Assembly (NCBI GenBank): GCA_963836235.1 | Contig: CAWIIP010000001.1 | Span: 384,001-448,000, forward strand | Direction: 5' to 3' | DNA: 64,000 nucleotides | Source of the DNA: an uncultured Pseudomonadota bacterium | Lineage (GTDB): Bacteria > Oederibacteriota > Muellerivitia > Muellerivitales > Muellerivitaceae | Part shown: positions 15,376-25,718 of the stretch, piece by piece | Layout: every line of letters starts with the position of its first letter | Numbering within the stretch: position 1 is the stretch's first letter | Made by a program: the position numbers and the translations under genes | Notes under the pieces: generated by a model | What the model was told of the DNA's origin: nothing | Database searches by the model: none | The model's input: only the letters and a program-made list of their open reading frames with translations

Positions 15376-15403
15376 TGTTCCTTTTGGGTCCCCGTGGTGG
15401 ACA
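15376..15403 (+). repeat. 28-bp palindromic site, copy 1
   Basis: TGTTCCTTTTG-GGTCCC-CGTGGTGGACA (left arm degenerate). Confidence 0.7.
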
Positions 15404-15500
15404 ACCCCGGATTCGTTCAATTACCCGCCGCCAAAATCCATGGAATGTTCTCGAGAGCATTTTGGACCCGCGAGGCGCCCAAGCCCGGCTCCGTCAAACC

Positions 15501-17144
15501 CTATTGGGGTTTCCCTGTTTCCGGACCGCCCTTATCCCTTTTGTATTCCTTGAGCTTCCGGTAAAGCGTCGCCACACCCATTCTCAAGAGATCCGCCGCT
15601 TTTCTCCGGTTCCCGTCTGATCTTTCAAGGGCATCCAGGATGGAGTCTTTTTCCACATTCCATAAAGAACGGGGTTCTCCCGGGTCGGGGACAGGGGGCC
15701 TATCCATGAGCACCTCGGGGGGAAGATCGGTCACATCGACCCGGTGTGTCTTGGCCACCGCGACCGCCCGCTCCATGGCGTTGGCAAGTTCACGAACGTT
15801 ACCGGGCCAGTTGTACACGAGCAGACGGTCCACCGCCGGGACGGTCATGCCCTCCACGGCCCGTTTCATGTGGATAGCGGCCTCCGCCAAAAGGAGCCGT
15901 GCGAGCGGAAGGATGTCTTCCCGTCGTTTTCGGAGGGGAGGGACAGCCAACTCGACCACGTCCAGCCGGTAGAAAAGGTCCTCGCGGAACCTTTTTTCGG
16001 CAACCTCGACCCTCAGGTCCTTATTGGTAGCGCTTATGATGCGGACATTGATCGGACGGCTTTTGTTCTCCCCGACCCGCCTGACTTCCCTCTCCTGGAT
16101 GGCCCGAAGGAGCTTCACTTGCATGGGAAGGCTGATCTCACCGACTTCATCCAGCAAAAGCGTCCCGCCGTTGGCCGCCTCGAAGAGGCCCATCCGGTCC
16201 GTGGACGCCCCAGTGAAAGCCCCTTTGGCATGGCCGAAAAGTTCGCTCTCCAGGAGGGTGTCAGTGATGGCTCCGCAATTGACCGCGATAAAAGGGCCGT
16301 CCGAGTGAGCCGAATGGTCATGGACATAACGCGCCACCCTTTCCTTGCCCGTGCCGCTCTCGCCCGAAATGAGCACCGTGGAATCGATGGCCGCGATGGT
16401 CTTGGCCAATTCCATTAAATTGCGCATTTCGGGGCTCCGCGTCATGAGCTCCGAAGGGTCTTCCTCGATCTCCGCCAGTTTTTCCAGTTTGCGGGTCTTT
16501 TGGCGCAATTCATTTTCCGTTCGCTTCAACGTGCTGGCGACGTTCCGAAGGGTATCGTCGATCACCACCCGCTTATAAACCACCAGATCGTCCTGGACCT
16601 CATTGCCCCACTCTTCCTCGGCCTTGACGATCACATGGCAGGCCGCATCGCCCTTTCCCATGCACTTGTCCTCCAACGCGTACATTTCCTTGCCCTTGAC
16701 GAAACTCATATAACCGCTGATGAGCCCGCAAAGGTTCCAGCAAACGGGTTTATCCGACCGGCCCTTCAGGAGAAGATGCTGCTCGGCTTCGTAGGAAATG
16801 CGCCAAGTGCCTCCCTCAGGTCCAAAGCCTTCGGGGCTTTTAGGGTCCAGCATGAAAAGGCCTTGGAGGGCCAGGATACGGAATCCGGCCTTTTGCCAAT
16901 CCTCGTCGCTGTCCCATTTGAACTTGCTCTTGAGGGTTTCGGCCAAGCGCTTGCCGTGGATGTAGCCGTAATGACTGAGAATGCCCCGAGCCGTCCTCTC
17001 GCTGAAGGTATCGATGAGTTCTTTACGAAGCAATCCCTGGGACACAGCATCGAATATCAAGGCCCTTTGCCCGGCGAATTGGACCACTCCCCCACTGGGG
17101 TCTGTTTTCAAGAGTTTTGTTAAGGTCAGATCATCCACGCGCAT
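15501..17144 (-). CDS. Sigma54-dependent activator with XylR-N/V4R-type sensory domain
   Basis: EDKCMGKGDAACH (V4R-like), GESGTGKE, GAFTGA, WPGNVREL, C-terminal Fis-type HTH. Confidence 0.92.
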   Translation of the reverse strand: MRVDDLTLTKLLKTDPSGGVVQFAGQRALIFDAVSQGLLRKELIDTFSERTARGILSHYGYIHGKRLAETLKSKFKWDSDEDWQKAGFRILALQGLFMLDPKSPEGFGPEGGTWRISYEAEQHLLLKGRSDKPVCWNLCGLISGYMSFVKGKEMYALEDKCMGKGDAACHVIVKAEEEWGNEVQDDLVVYKRVVIDDTLRNVASTLKRTENELRQKTRKLEKLAEIEEDPSELMTRSPEMRNLMELAKTIAAIDSTVLISGESGTGKERVARYVHDHSAHSDGPFIAVNCGAITDTLLESELFGHAKGAFTGASTDRMGLFEAANGGTLLLDEVGEISLPMQVKLLRAIQEREVRRVGENKSRPINVRIISATNKDLRVEVAEKRFREDLFYRLDVVELAVPPLRKRREDILPLARLLLAEAAIHMKRAVEGMTVPAVDRLLVYNWPGNVRELANAMERAVAVAKTHRVDVTDLPPEVLMDRPPVPDPGEPRSLWNVEKDSILDALERSDGNRRKAADLLRMGVATLYRKLKEYKRDKGGPETGKPQ

Positions 17145-17324
17145 GTTCGTTCTCCTTTCAGGGAAAACGCAGGAAGCTTTCTTTACCATTACTTTACAGC
17201 TTGCGGAAAATCGCAATATGAGCGTGGTTAGGTTAAACGGTTTGTTTACAAAGGCTTTCCAGATCGGTCGCGGAATGCTTCTCCAGACCGGAAAAACCCT
17301 ATTTAATCCAACAGATTTTCCTTT

Positions 17325-17352
17325 TGTCCAATCAGGGTCCCCGTCATGGACA
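17325..17352 (+). repeat. 28-bp palindromic site, copy 2
   Basis: TGTCCAATCAG-GGTCCC-CGTCATGGACA. Confidence 0.85.
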
Positions 17353-17361
17353 AGTAACGAC

Positions 17362-17538
17362 TTAAGGTTTATAGACGAGCATCGCTTTGATATACATGGC
17401 GACGGCTCCCACGATCCAGCCCGCGAAAAATATAGCGACGGGCTTGGCTTGCTCTATACCGCCCTTGAGCCAAAATCCGCCGAGAACGATGGCCATAATG
17501 ATGGCCACAGCGATCCCCCAACTGACGAATGGATTCAT
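17362..17538 (-). CDS. Small two-TM membrane protein (58 aa)
   Basis: GGAGG RBS, two hydrophobic segments, tightly bracketed by sites 2 and 3. Confidence 0.7.
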   Translation of the reverse strand: MNPFVSWGIAVAIIMAIVLGGFWLKGGIEQAKPVAIFFAGWIVGAVAMYIKAMLVYKP

Positions 17539-17558
17539 CTTGTAACCTCCAATTTTGT

Positions 17559-17586
17559 TGTCCAATGCGGCTCCCCGTCCTGGACA
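17559..17586 (+). repeat. 28-bp palindromic site, copy 3
   Basis: TGTCCAATGCG-GCTCCC-CGTCCTGGACA. Confidence 0.85.
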
Positions 17587-17676
17587 AGGTTATCATCTGG
17601 TTTAATGGTCATTCCAGTTCAATTTCACCTTCGTTGAAAACAACGGTTTTCTTCCGAAATGCCCCTCAAAATAAAA

Positions 17677-17707
17677 AAACCCCGGGATTAAAACCCATCC
17701 CGGGGTT
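17677..17707 (-). terminator. Probable rho-independent terminator
   Basis: AACCCCGGGAT...ATCCCGGGGTT hairpin followed by a T-run on the minus strand. Confidence 0.6.
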
Positions 17708-18109
17708 CCGCTGGAAGAGGATTCTTTTTCTTAACACATCGGATTAAATCCCCTGGCACCTTCACGGTGCCCTATCAAGAATCTCTTCCAATTATTATCT
17801 TAAGCCTTTTGGTGGATTTGTTTATGAGCCAAGACATCCAGGCCTTTATATTTATTACGTTTTTTCGTAAAAGGCTTGTGTGTCGTTTCTGCCGGTTTTG
17901 AATTTTTTCGGCTGAAAGGGGATTTTTCACCTTCCAATGCCCATAACAACAGTTTTTCCAAAAAAGACCCGAACCTGCTAACCGCACGGTCAACCACGAT
18001 CTACCTCCCGTTAGTACCGGCTTGATCTTCAAGCCCGAAGACGTTACCGCAAGGGTTTGGGACAGCCCGATTCAGGCTGTGTAGGACAAAGCAAATTGTT
18101 TATTGAGGC

Positions 18110-18280
18110 TTATTTAGAGGCCCCGACTAATTCCTTCTCCGCTTCCACCCAATCACAGATCTCATCGTTGTTCGGGCAGCCACGGTTCTGCCAGTGGTAA
18201 TAAGCCGCCACTTCCAGTTTTTCTTGAGATACTTCTTTTTCTGACTTCACAACCGCATCCTTTTCTTTTGTCTTTGCCAT
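18110..18280 (-). CDS. DUF2934-like small protein
   Basis: LEVAAYYHWQNRGCP..DEICDWVEAEKEL; AGGAG RBS. Confidence 0.8.
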   Translation of the reverse strand: MAKTKEKDAVVKSEKEVSQEKLEVAAYYHWQNRGCPNNDEICDWVEAEKELVGASK

Positions 18281-18362
18281 AAAAATTCTCCTTATTTTAT
18301 TTATTAAATTTACAAGAAATAGCGTGAAAGGTTTATGACCAATCTCACGTTTCAATCTATTT

Positions 18363-19058
18363 TCAAACCTCATCTATTCGATCCACCAAGTCATTCACGT
18401 TCTTAACCGTGATTTGACCATGAACTGATCTTATCAACCCCACATCCTCAAGTCGGATACAGGCCCGAATGCAGGTTTCCACTGCTGTCCCAGCCATTTC
18501 CGCGATCTCCTTGCGGGTCAAAGGAATTACATTTCCGAATTCCCGCACCATTTCCACCAGGACATGCAAAATTCGTTTTTCTGCGCTTTCCTGTGAAAAG
18601 GTCTGCATATCCTTCGACCAGCGTAGGAGTTTAGAAATTTTAGAAAGGATATCCCGTGCCATTTGTGGGTATTTCCCAATAAGAGTCTGGAAAAATTGAA
18701 TAGGAAACGAAATCACCGTTGCATCGGTTTCGGCCAGGCAATGAAAGCCGTATTCACCTCCGCTAAATGCCGAAACCCCAAACATCCCATTAGCTCCCAC
18801 CATGCAAATGGTGTTGGATTGGCCTTCCGGTGAGTGGTGGATCTCCTTTACGTGGCCTTCCTTTACAAACCAGATGGATTCCGCCAGGTCATTTTCCAAA
18901 AAAATGGATTCCCTTTTCGCGTATTTTTTCTCAACCATGTTATGTTCGATTTCCCAAAATGCATCGGAAGGGATATTTTTGAAGAAGGACATCATCGAAA
19001 GAGGGCTCTTTTTTGTCCCATGAAAAGCAATCGGCCTGGTTTTCGTCATTGTCAGCAT
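18363..19058 (-). CDS. Crp/Fnr family transcriptional regulator
   Basis: cNMP-like domain (FVKEGHVK) plus HTH LTRKEIAEMAGTAVETCIR. Confidence 0.92.
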   Translation of the reverse strand: MLTMTKTRPIAFHGTKKSPLSMMSFFKNIPSDAFWEIEHNMVEKKYAKRESIFLENDLAESIWFVKEGHVKEIHHSPEGQSNTICMVGANGMFGVSAFSGGEYGFHCLAETDATVISFPIQFFQTLIGKYPQMARDILSKISKLLRWSKDMQTFSQESAEKRILHVLVEMVREFGNVIPLTRKEIAEMAGTAVETCIRACIRLEDVGLIRSVHGQITVKNVNDLVDRIDEV

Positions 19059-19102
19059 GTCATCCACCTCTTTCCAGTTGTGATACTGATCCTTGTCATA
19101 GA

Positions 19103-19117
19103 GCAAGTGTTGCGCCA
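19103..19117 (-). promoter_or_regulatory. Sigma54 promoter upstream of the crp/fnr gene
   Basis: Minus strand TGGCGC-AACAC-TTGC, near consensus TGGCAC-N5-TTGC. Confidence 0.65.
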
Positions 19118-19314
19118 GTCAAGGAAGGTTAAAAAGAGGTGTTTTATGAACTTTAAAATCCATGAAGGGTAACACTATGGTCTGCCTGCTATGGCGGTAT
19201 AGCCATAGGGAAATGAAATATAGTCGGATGGGAAATTTAATTGATTATCAAAATGAGAGCTAAGTTACACACCCGCATACAAGGGTTATCCACAAAGGGA
19301 AGGTCAAATTCGTT

Positions 19315-19342
19315 TGTCCACTGCGGGTCCCCATCGTGGACA
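19315..19342 (+). repeat. 28-bp palindromic site, copy 4
   Basis: TGTCCACTGCG-GGTCCC-CATCGTGGACA. Confidence 0.85.
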
Positions 19343-19451
19343 ATGAATTTAACACTTTGATACTAAATTTTTAAACTCACGAACTAGTTCAGGGAGATTT
19401 CCAGGGTCAAGTTCGAAGCCGCCTGACACCTGGTGAGGTCGCGTCAAGTTT

Positions 19452-20779
19452 CAGGGTGTAAAAGTTACGGGCGCCTAAATCAAGCAGCCTGACTTTTGAC
19501 CTCCTTGCGACTGGTGTGGACTTTGATTCTGTTCCATCGTTCTTGTTGAGCCGTTGCCACTCCCCACAAAAGTTTCACCAAAGTTCTTTCGTTCGTCATT
19601 CCGCCTACCGGTTTGAACCTCCGTCTCAATTCTCGGTTAAACCGCTCGATCAAGTTTGTACTCCTGAGTAGCATCCAATCTTTGTGGTCCTGTTGAAAGA
19701 AGACAGTGTACTTCTCAAAGTCTTTTTCAGTCATTGCCACCGCCTTAGGGTAGGCTTTTCCCCATTTGGCTTTGAGTTCACCCAAAGCTATTAGCGCCCG
19801 GTTCTTGCCGTCGGCCCAATAAACTTTCGTGAAGTCTTGTAGAAATTCTTTTTGGTCCTTGGCCGCTACCCTCACGCGGACGTTTCTCATCTTGTGAATG
19901 ACACATAATTGGTGGGGAATCGACAGTTTTTCTTCCACCGCCGCCAGAATGCCTGCGTGGGCGTCCGATACCACCAGCTTCAAAACCTTTCGATCCAAGC
20001 CTCGTGAAAGCAGATCCTCCAACAAGGCACTCCAACTCTCTTTGCTCTCTGAGTCTCCCACCACAAAACCCAAGAAATGGCGGTGCATTGTTCCATCCAC
20101 CCCAATGGCCACCAAAAGGGCTTGGTTTTCATAGCTTCCCATGCATTTCAAGGAAACATACAAAGCGTCCAGGTACAGGTATTGAATTCCTTCCGCCAAG
20201 GGCCGTTTTTCCCACGCAACCACCATTGGCTCCAGGTCTTGTGTCCATTGGCTGACCTGATTGGCCGTATGTTTGGTCCCGAACACCCCATTTAATTCCT
20301 CGGCCACCGATCGGGTTGAGGCACCTTTGATCCAAAACCTTCTTCCCAAATGAGCCATCAAATTCCCGGTCCCTTCCCGCAAAGCCTCAAGGGTACGGGG
20401 AATAAATCCACCCTCCCTCAAGACGGGCTTGTTCAACTTCAAGCGCCCAAAAGGCCCCGGCAAAACCATTTTCCGAAACCCATTGCGGTAAACCCCTTCG
20501 GATGGACAAGCCGCGGAAGACCTGCGGCCCAAAAACTCGTCCCGTTCTTCCTTCAAACGGGTATTTAAAGCATCTTCCAGCAAACCATTAATCTCTTGTT
20601 CAACCCAAACCCGAAGATCCCCAGCGTCCAATACAGCCTGAACTTGGGCTTTCACCTTTTCCTTTACCAGCACCTTCAACGACTGTTGTATATTCTTCAT
20701 GGGCGTAACGACCTTTCACAAAAAGGGATATGGCGTCTTCAATCAACACCATGTTACGCCCGCTTCTGTTTACACCCTG
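19452..20779 (-). mobile_element. IS256-family insertion sequence (no target-site duplication seen)
   Basis: Terminal inverted repeats CAGGGTGTAAA..CGGGCG / CGCCCG..TTTACACCCTG enclosing the transposase. Confidence 0.85.
19480..20700 (-). CDS. IS256-family (Mutator-type DDE) transposase
   Basis: YRNG, YLYLDA, VVSDAH.G, QLCVIHKMRN, STNLIERFNRELRRR. Confidence 0.93.
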   Translation of the reverse strand: MKNIQQSLKVLVKEKVKAQVQAVLDAGDLRVWVEQEINGLLEDALNTRLKEERDEFLGRRSSAACPSEGVYRNGFRKMVLPGPFGRLKLNKPVLREGGFIPRTLEALREGTGNLMAHLGRRFWIKGASTRSVAEELNGVFGTKHTANQVSQWTQDLEPMVVAWEKRPLAEGIQYLYLDALYVSLKCMGSYENQALLVAIGVDGTMHRHFLGFVVGDSESKESWSALLEDLLSRGLDRKVLKLVVSDAHAGILAAVEEKLSIPHQLCVIHKMRNVRVRVAAKDQKEFLQDFTKVYWADGKNRALIALGELKAKWGKAYPKAVAMTEKDFEKYTVFFQQDHKDWMLLRSTNLIERFNRELRRRFKPVGGMTNERTLVKLLWGVATAQQERWNRIKVHTSRKEVKSQAA

Positions 20780-21291
20780 GAATCATACGGAACCTGATTA
20801 TCATTAACTGAATCTGCCCTAGCTAAACTTGTCGGAGTTGGCGTTTTTTTCAAACAATTAGTTTTAACACAATTAATTGCGAATAGTTCGGAATCTCTCA
20901 AATCTTCTAAAATACACTTACCAAGGCCAAAAACGTCTTCTGTCAAGCATTTAAGAAATTGTGTTGCAAAAAACAATCCCGCTTTGGCTTCGCAAAATGT
21001 TACGCAATTAACAGTTGGTACTGGGGTGAAGGTTGAAATTATTGAAACGGTAAATGTCGCCGTAGCCGTTAAGGTAAAAGTTTCCGTTGCCGTCGGTGTA
21101 AAGGTAAAGGTTGGAGTTGGAGTAAATGTCGGTGTTGGTGTATCGGTAATAGTCGATGTGTCGGTAAAAGTCGGCGAAATGGTCGGAGTGTTGGTCGGCG
21201 GTGTCGCAGTTACAGTTGGTGTTGCTGGCGTGGCCGATAAAGGCCCACATAAATTGTAAGTACCACCGGTGAATCCAAATCCTGTGTCAAT
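20780..21291 (-). pseudogene. 5'-truncated fragment of a Thr/Pro-repeat, Cys-containing extracellular-type protein
   Basis: TPTPTFTPTPTFTFTPTAT tract; the frame begins directly at the 37-bp repeat with no start codon and runs into the IS256 end. Confidence 0.6.
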
Positions 21292-21328
21292 GTTGCACAC
21301 TATCCTTTTTGCGACAGGCATGTGCAGG
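21292..21328 (-). CRISPR. CRISPR-like 37-bp repeat, cas-distal copy
   Basis: Minus strand CCTGCACATGCCTGTCGCAAAAAGGATAGTGTGCAAC, identical to 47426-47462. Confidence 0.8.
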
Positions 21329-22281
21329 TTCCTTTTTTCGGGCGGGATGAATTTGAAACCTAGTTTTCGATAAACCTCTTCCTCCGTTTTTCCGGCGACG
21401 TATTTCCCCGATTTGTCATATAACCCGTACTCGTTCAACTTGAGCCCCTTGCTGATGGCCATTTTTCGCAACGTTATGTTGTGTTGTTTATTCCCCGTGA
21501 AATAAATCATGGCCGCGCCGAAGGACTCCCCGCCGAACACCCGCAAATCCACCTGCAGGCCGTTATCCAGTATCACCTCCGACTTCTTGGGGCCGTGGAG
21601 GACGACCTTTCGCACGATAGGAAGGGTCGTAAAGGCTTCCATGACCGCTTCCGGCTGATCGGAGACTACTAGGAGGTCGATATCGCCGATGGTTTCCTCC
21701 TTGCGCCGCAGGGACCCTACCAATTCCACCCGTTCCACCTCCCCCATTCGCTTTAAGGCCAAAAGGATTTTATTGGCCGAGGGCAGGACTTCCTCCCTCG
21801 GGTGGCGGTCCTGGTGGGCTTTTTTAATCCCCAAGTTCGCGGCGATCTTCTCCTCGCTTTGGGGGCCAAAACCCCGGATGGCGGCCACCTTGTGTTCCAT
21901 GACGGCGGCCTTCAGGTCGGACGGGGAATGGATGCCATGGTGGTAGAGGCTCTCAGCTCGGTAGGGCCCCAAGCCCGGCACTTTCATGAGGGCCGTTATC
22001 CCCGTAGGCAGGGTTTTTTTCAGTTTTTCGAACTCGGGGATTTTGCCGGTCTCCAGGAATTCGACGATTTTCTTTCCCAACCCCTCGCCGATTCCGGGTA
22101 TTTCTTCCAGGCCCTTAAGCCCGCCTTTATTGTAAATTTTCCGGACGTCCTCCCCCAAAACCTGTAAAGAACGGGCGGCGGCGCGGTAGGCGCGCGGCTT
22201 CCACTCCACGTCCTCGATTTCCAGGATTCCGGCCATGTCATTGAAGATTTCGGCGATTTCACAGTTGGTGCTGGTTGTCAT
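21329..22281 (-). pseudogene. polX: DNA polymerase X (PolX core), interrupted at the repeat; no PHP domain
   Basis: AYRAAA, IPGIG HhH, GSLRR..ETIGDIDLL, YFTGNKQHN, LNEYGL, FIPPEKR; the frame continues through the repeat with no stop. Confidence 0.85.
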
Positions 22282-22285
22282 GGGA

Positions 22286-23035
22286 TTAAAACCGCGACGC
22301 CCAATAGCGTCCACGTTTCCTTTTTTGGTTTTCCGCAGAGGAAATGCCGCCAGGAACAAGATTTTCCAGTCCCAGTTTTGAATAATATTCCGTAATACCC
22401 AGTGGGGGGTTCCACCGAGGGTTGGCGGCTAGGATGTCGGTCCGGGTTGTTATGGTAGAGAGAGGGACAGTCTTGGAACGGGCATATGCCACAAATCTTC
22501 CGGAAGCTGTTTTCAGGCCGATTTCAATGAAGTAGCTTCCCGATGGTTCCTTAAATTCCAGGTAACTGTTCATTTGGCCTGATTCGACCTTGATCTCCTC
22601 CACCAATTCATCAATACCCCCGGGAACCATCCGAAGGACTCTCAAAACCATGTTGCTGTCCCAGTACTCCCCTCCCAGCTGTTTTTTCATGGTCTCCAAA
22701 CTTTCAGAGGCAACCTCCCAATAAACAAAAACGCAGTAAGGATCACGGACAAAAGCCACCACCCGGGTTTCCCCGTGCCGTTGAAAAGGCCTGAAGTAAA
22801 AATGCTTTGGAGGTATGGCGGCGAGACTTTCGGGCGCGCTCATGGATATCATTTCACGGCTTTGGCTACCCATTATGGTTTTGGCTTCGTTTTTCTTATG
22901 GATTGTCCGGTAATCCTTTTCATCCCCTTCTTTTGAGTGGACGGCGGGTGGCTTGCGGGGAACACGAATCCCTTGGGCATATTTGGCCTTAGTGGATGAA
23001 TTGGATGACTTCTTAGTTTTTTTATTTTTCTCCAT
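22286..23035 (-). CDS. DUF4912-like protein
   Basis: ETRVVAFVRDPYCVFVYWE ... YFIEIG....GRF...ARS pattern. Confidence 0.7.
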   Translation of the reverse strand: MEKNKKTKKSSNSSTKAKYAQGIRVPRKPPAVHSKEGDEKDYRTIHKKNEAKTIMGSQSREMISMSAPESLAAIPPKHFYFRPFQRHGETRVVAFVRDPYCVFVYWEVASESLETMKKQLGGEYWDSNMVLRVLRMVPGGIDELVEEIKVESGQMNSYLEFKEPSGSYFIEIGLKTASGRFVAYARSKTVPLSTITTRTDILAANPRWNPPLGITEYYSKLGLENLVPGGISSAENQKRKRGRYWASRF

Positions 23036-23069
23036 AGAATCCGCCTCTTTTTGGTTTTCCCTTTTCCTA

Positions 23070-23765
23070 CTAAAAACCCTTCCATCTCACGACCTGTTCC
23101 ACGGGCCTGCGGGGGCTCAGGGATTCCCCAGGCCGACTTTTTTCCGTCCCGTAGCCCATGGCGATGCCGAAAACGATGGAGAGGTGCTTCGGAATTTCCA
23201 GCTCATCCCGGATGAGGCTGGGATAGGACACCAGCATTATGGCCGGGGCCGTGTCTACCCCCTTGGCCTTTGCGGCCAGCATGAGGCTTTGGGAATAAAG
23301 CCCAAGGTCGAACATGGACCAGAAACCCAGGGTTTTTTCCATGCAGAGGTAAAGCACCACCGGCGCGTTGAAAAACTCGAAATTATGGACCCGGTGCTCA
23401 AGGTCGTCCGTCGTGTCACCCGGGTGGATGCCGTATTTTATTTTGTGGAGGGCCATGATTTCCCGCCGGCGCTCCTCCAAATCGTGGGGCCAATGGTGGG
23501 TAAGAGGGAAATCCGGCCCCGGGGCTATATTCTTTTTGAAATTCCCCATGAAGGCCTCCCGCAATCGGTGCAAGGGCGCGCCCATCGCGACGAAAACCTC
23601 CCAAGGCTGGGTATTGGCCGTGGAAGGCGCCCGGTTGGCCGCCTCCAGGATGGATCGGACCGTCTCCCTGGAAAGGGGATCCGGCTTGAATTCCCGGCAG
23701 GTGTACCGGCTTTGAAGCGATTCCAGAACACCTAAGGTTGTTTCTTTTTTTAGGTTCACAGCCAT
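23070..23765 (-). CDS. Nitroreductase family protein
   Basis: SRYTCREF, APSTANTQPW, FFNAP. Confidence 0.9.
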   Translation of the reverse strand: MAVNLKKETTLGVLESLQSRYTCREFKPDPLSRETVRSILEAANRAPSTANTQPWEVFVAMGAPLHRLREAFMGNFKKNIAPGPDFPLTHHWPHDLEERRREIMALHKIKYGIHPGDTTDDLEHRVHNFEFFNAPVVLYLCMEKTLGFWSMFDLGLYSQSLMLAAKAKGVDTAPAIMLVSYPSLIRDELEIPKHLSIVFGIAMGYGTEKSRPGESLSPRRPVEQVVRWKGF

Positions 23766-23816
23766 GGTTTTCCTCCTGAAAAATTAATTACAGCTATCGC
23801 TTTGCCCCGGGCGGCC

Positions 23817-25706
23817 CTACGAGCTTTTCACCTTCTCCTTTGTGGGGCTTTCCAACAAAAGCTTGTCGAGATCGGAACGTTCCAACGTTTCCTTCGAAAG
23901 CAATTCCTTTGCGATCCGCTCCAAGGCTCCCCGCTTGGAACTCAGGATTTCCTGGGCCCGCTGATATTCTTCCTCCACCAGTTGCCTGACTTCCCCGTCA
24001 ATAGCCTTGGCGGTCTCCTCGCTGTAATTGCGCTCCTCCCCCTGGCCCAAAGGCGTATTGAGGTATTTCAGCTCCAACGAGAGGCCGAAAGTCTGGGGCC
24101 CCAACTTGGCGCTCATGCCGTACCGGCACACCATCTGCCGGGCGGTTTCGGAAGCCCGCTCCAGGTCGTTCCGGGCGCCGGTGGAAACGTCCCCGAACAC
24201 CAGTTCCTCGGCAGCCCGGCCGCCGAACATGACGCACAAGCGGTCCTGCAGTTCCTCCTTGGTCATCAGGTGCCGCTCCTCGGTGGGAAGCTGCAGGGTG
24301 GCCCCCAGGGCCCCGATGGACCGGGGAATGATGGTCACCCGGTGGACCGGGTCGGCCTTGGGGACGGATAGGGCCGTCAGGGCGTGCCCCGCCTCGTGGT
24401 AGGCCACCCGGCGTTTTTCCTCCTCACCCATGACGGTGGATTTCCGCTTGAGCCCCAGTTGGAGCCGGTCGATGGCTTCCTCAAAATCCGGTAAAGCCAC
24501 TTCCGCCACGCCCCGGCGGGCGGCGGCCAGGGCGGCCTCGTTGACTACGTTGGCCAGGTCTGCCCCTACCATCCCCGGCGTGCGCTTGGCCAGGACCTCC
24601 AGGTCCGTTCCCGGGGCCAGTTTCACCTTGCGGCTATGAACCTTCAGGATTGCCAAGCGGCCCTTCAGGTCCGGCGGGTCCAGCACCACCTGCCGGTCGA
24701 AACGGCCAGGGCGCATCAGAGCCTGGTCAAGTACCTCGGGCCGGTTGGTGGCGGCCATCAGGATGACTCCCCCACTGGCATCGAACCCGTCCATCTCGGC
24801 CAAAAGCTGGTTCAAGGTCTGGTCCCGTTCATCGTTGGACCCCGAGAAACCGATGCCGCCCCGGCTCTTGCCGATAGCGTCCAATTCGTCGATGAACACG
24901 ATGCAGGGCGCCCGACCCTTGGCCTGCTCGAAGAGGTCGCGCACGCGGGCCGCCCCCACGCCCACGAACATTTCCATGAACTCCGAACCCGAAAGGGCGA
25001 AGAAAGGCACGTCCGCCTCCCCCGCCACGGCCCGGGCCATCAGTGTCTTACCCGTGCCCGGCAGTCCCACCAAAAGCACGCCCCGGGGTATCCGGGCTCC
25101 CAGGGCCAGGTACTTCTTGGGGTGCTTCAGGAAATCCACCACTTCCTTTAATTCGTCCTTGGCTTCCTCCAGCCCGGCCACATCCTCGAAAGTGGCCTTC
25201 TCCTTTTCCTCCCGCTCATGGAGCTTGGCCCGACTTTTCCCGAAACTGAAGGGGCCCGCCGCGCTGCGGCTCACCCGCCCTGCGACCCAGGTATAAAGGA
25301 GGAACATCAAACCGATGGGCAGAAGCCAGTTGGAGAGGAATTGCTGGAACCAGTTGGGCTTGTCGCTTTTCCCGGTGACCTGCACTTTCCAGTCCAATAA
25401 AAGCTTCATCAGGGAAGTCTGGTCCACTCCCGAAAGCTGGTTGGTGATGACGGTTTCGGTTTTATCGGGGTCCTTGTAGGGAAATCCCATCTTGGCCTCG
25501 GCCACCAGTTGGGACTCGCCCCACTGGACGCTTTGAATCTTTCCCGAATCCGCCAGTTGCAAAAACTCGTTGTAGGACACCGTCCGGGGCCCCGGCGTGA
25601 AGAATATCTGGGCCAGCCAAAGGAAGAAAAACATCATCAGGAAATAGGTAAACCAGGAAACGTTGGAAAAATTAAATTTTGCGGGGCGGACGGGTTGGTC
25701 GTTCAT
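23817..25706 (-). CDS. ftsH: ATP-dependent zinc metalloprotease FtsH
   Basis: Two TMs, [19 protein letters not shown]. Confidence 0.95.
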   Translation of the reverse strand: MNDQPVRPAKFNFSNVSWFTYFLMMFFFLWLAQIFFTPGPRTVSYNEFLQLADSGKIQSVQWGESQLVAEAKMGFPYKDPDKTETVITNQLSGVDQTSLMKLLLDWKVQVTGKSDKPNWFQQFLSNWLLPIGLMFLLYTWVAGRVSRSAAGPFSFGKSRAKLHEREEKEKATFEDVAGLEEAKDELKEVVDFLKHPKKYLALGARIPRGVLLVGLPGTGKTLMARAVAGEADVPFFALSGSEFMEMFVGVGAARVRDLFEQAKGRAPCIVFIDELDAIGKSRGGIGFSGSNDERDQTLNQLLAEMDGFDASGGVILMAATNRPEVLDQALMRPGRFDRQVVLDPPDLKGRLAILKVHSRKVKLAPGTDLEVLAKRTPGMVGADLANVVNEAALAAARRGVAEVALPDFEEAIDRLQLGLKRKSTVMGEEEKRRVAYHEAGHALTALSVPKADPVHRVTIIPRSIGALGATLQLPTEERHLMTKEELQDRLCVMFGGRAAEELVFGDVSTGARNDLERASETARQMVCRYGMSAKLGPQTFGLSLELKYLNTPLGQGEERNYSEETAKAIDGEVRQLVEEEYQRAQEILSSKRGALERIAKELLSKETLERSDLDKLLLESPTKEKVKSS

Positions 25707-25718
25707 GGAAGACCTCCC

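Noticed and set aside
17775-18032. Short ORFs downstream of the DUF2934 gene (also 30697-30927 and 36304-36570)
   Set aside because: No recognisable motifs and overlapping alternative frames; cannot decide which, if any, is real
19286-19294. DnaA-box TTATCCACA (also at 42355-42363)
   Set aside because: Isolated single boxes with no cluster or dnaA context; not evidence of an origin
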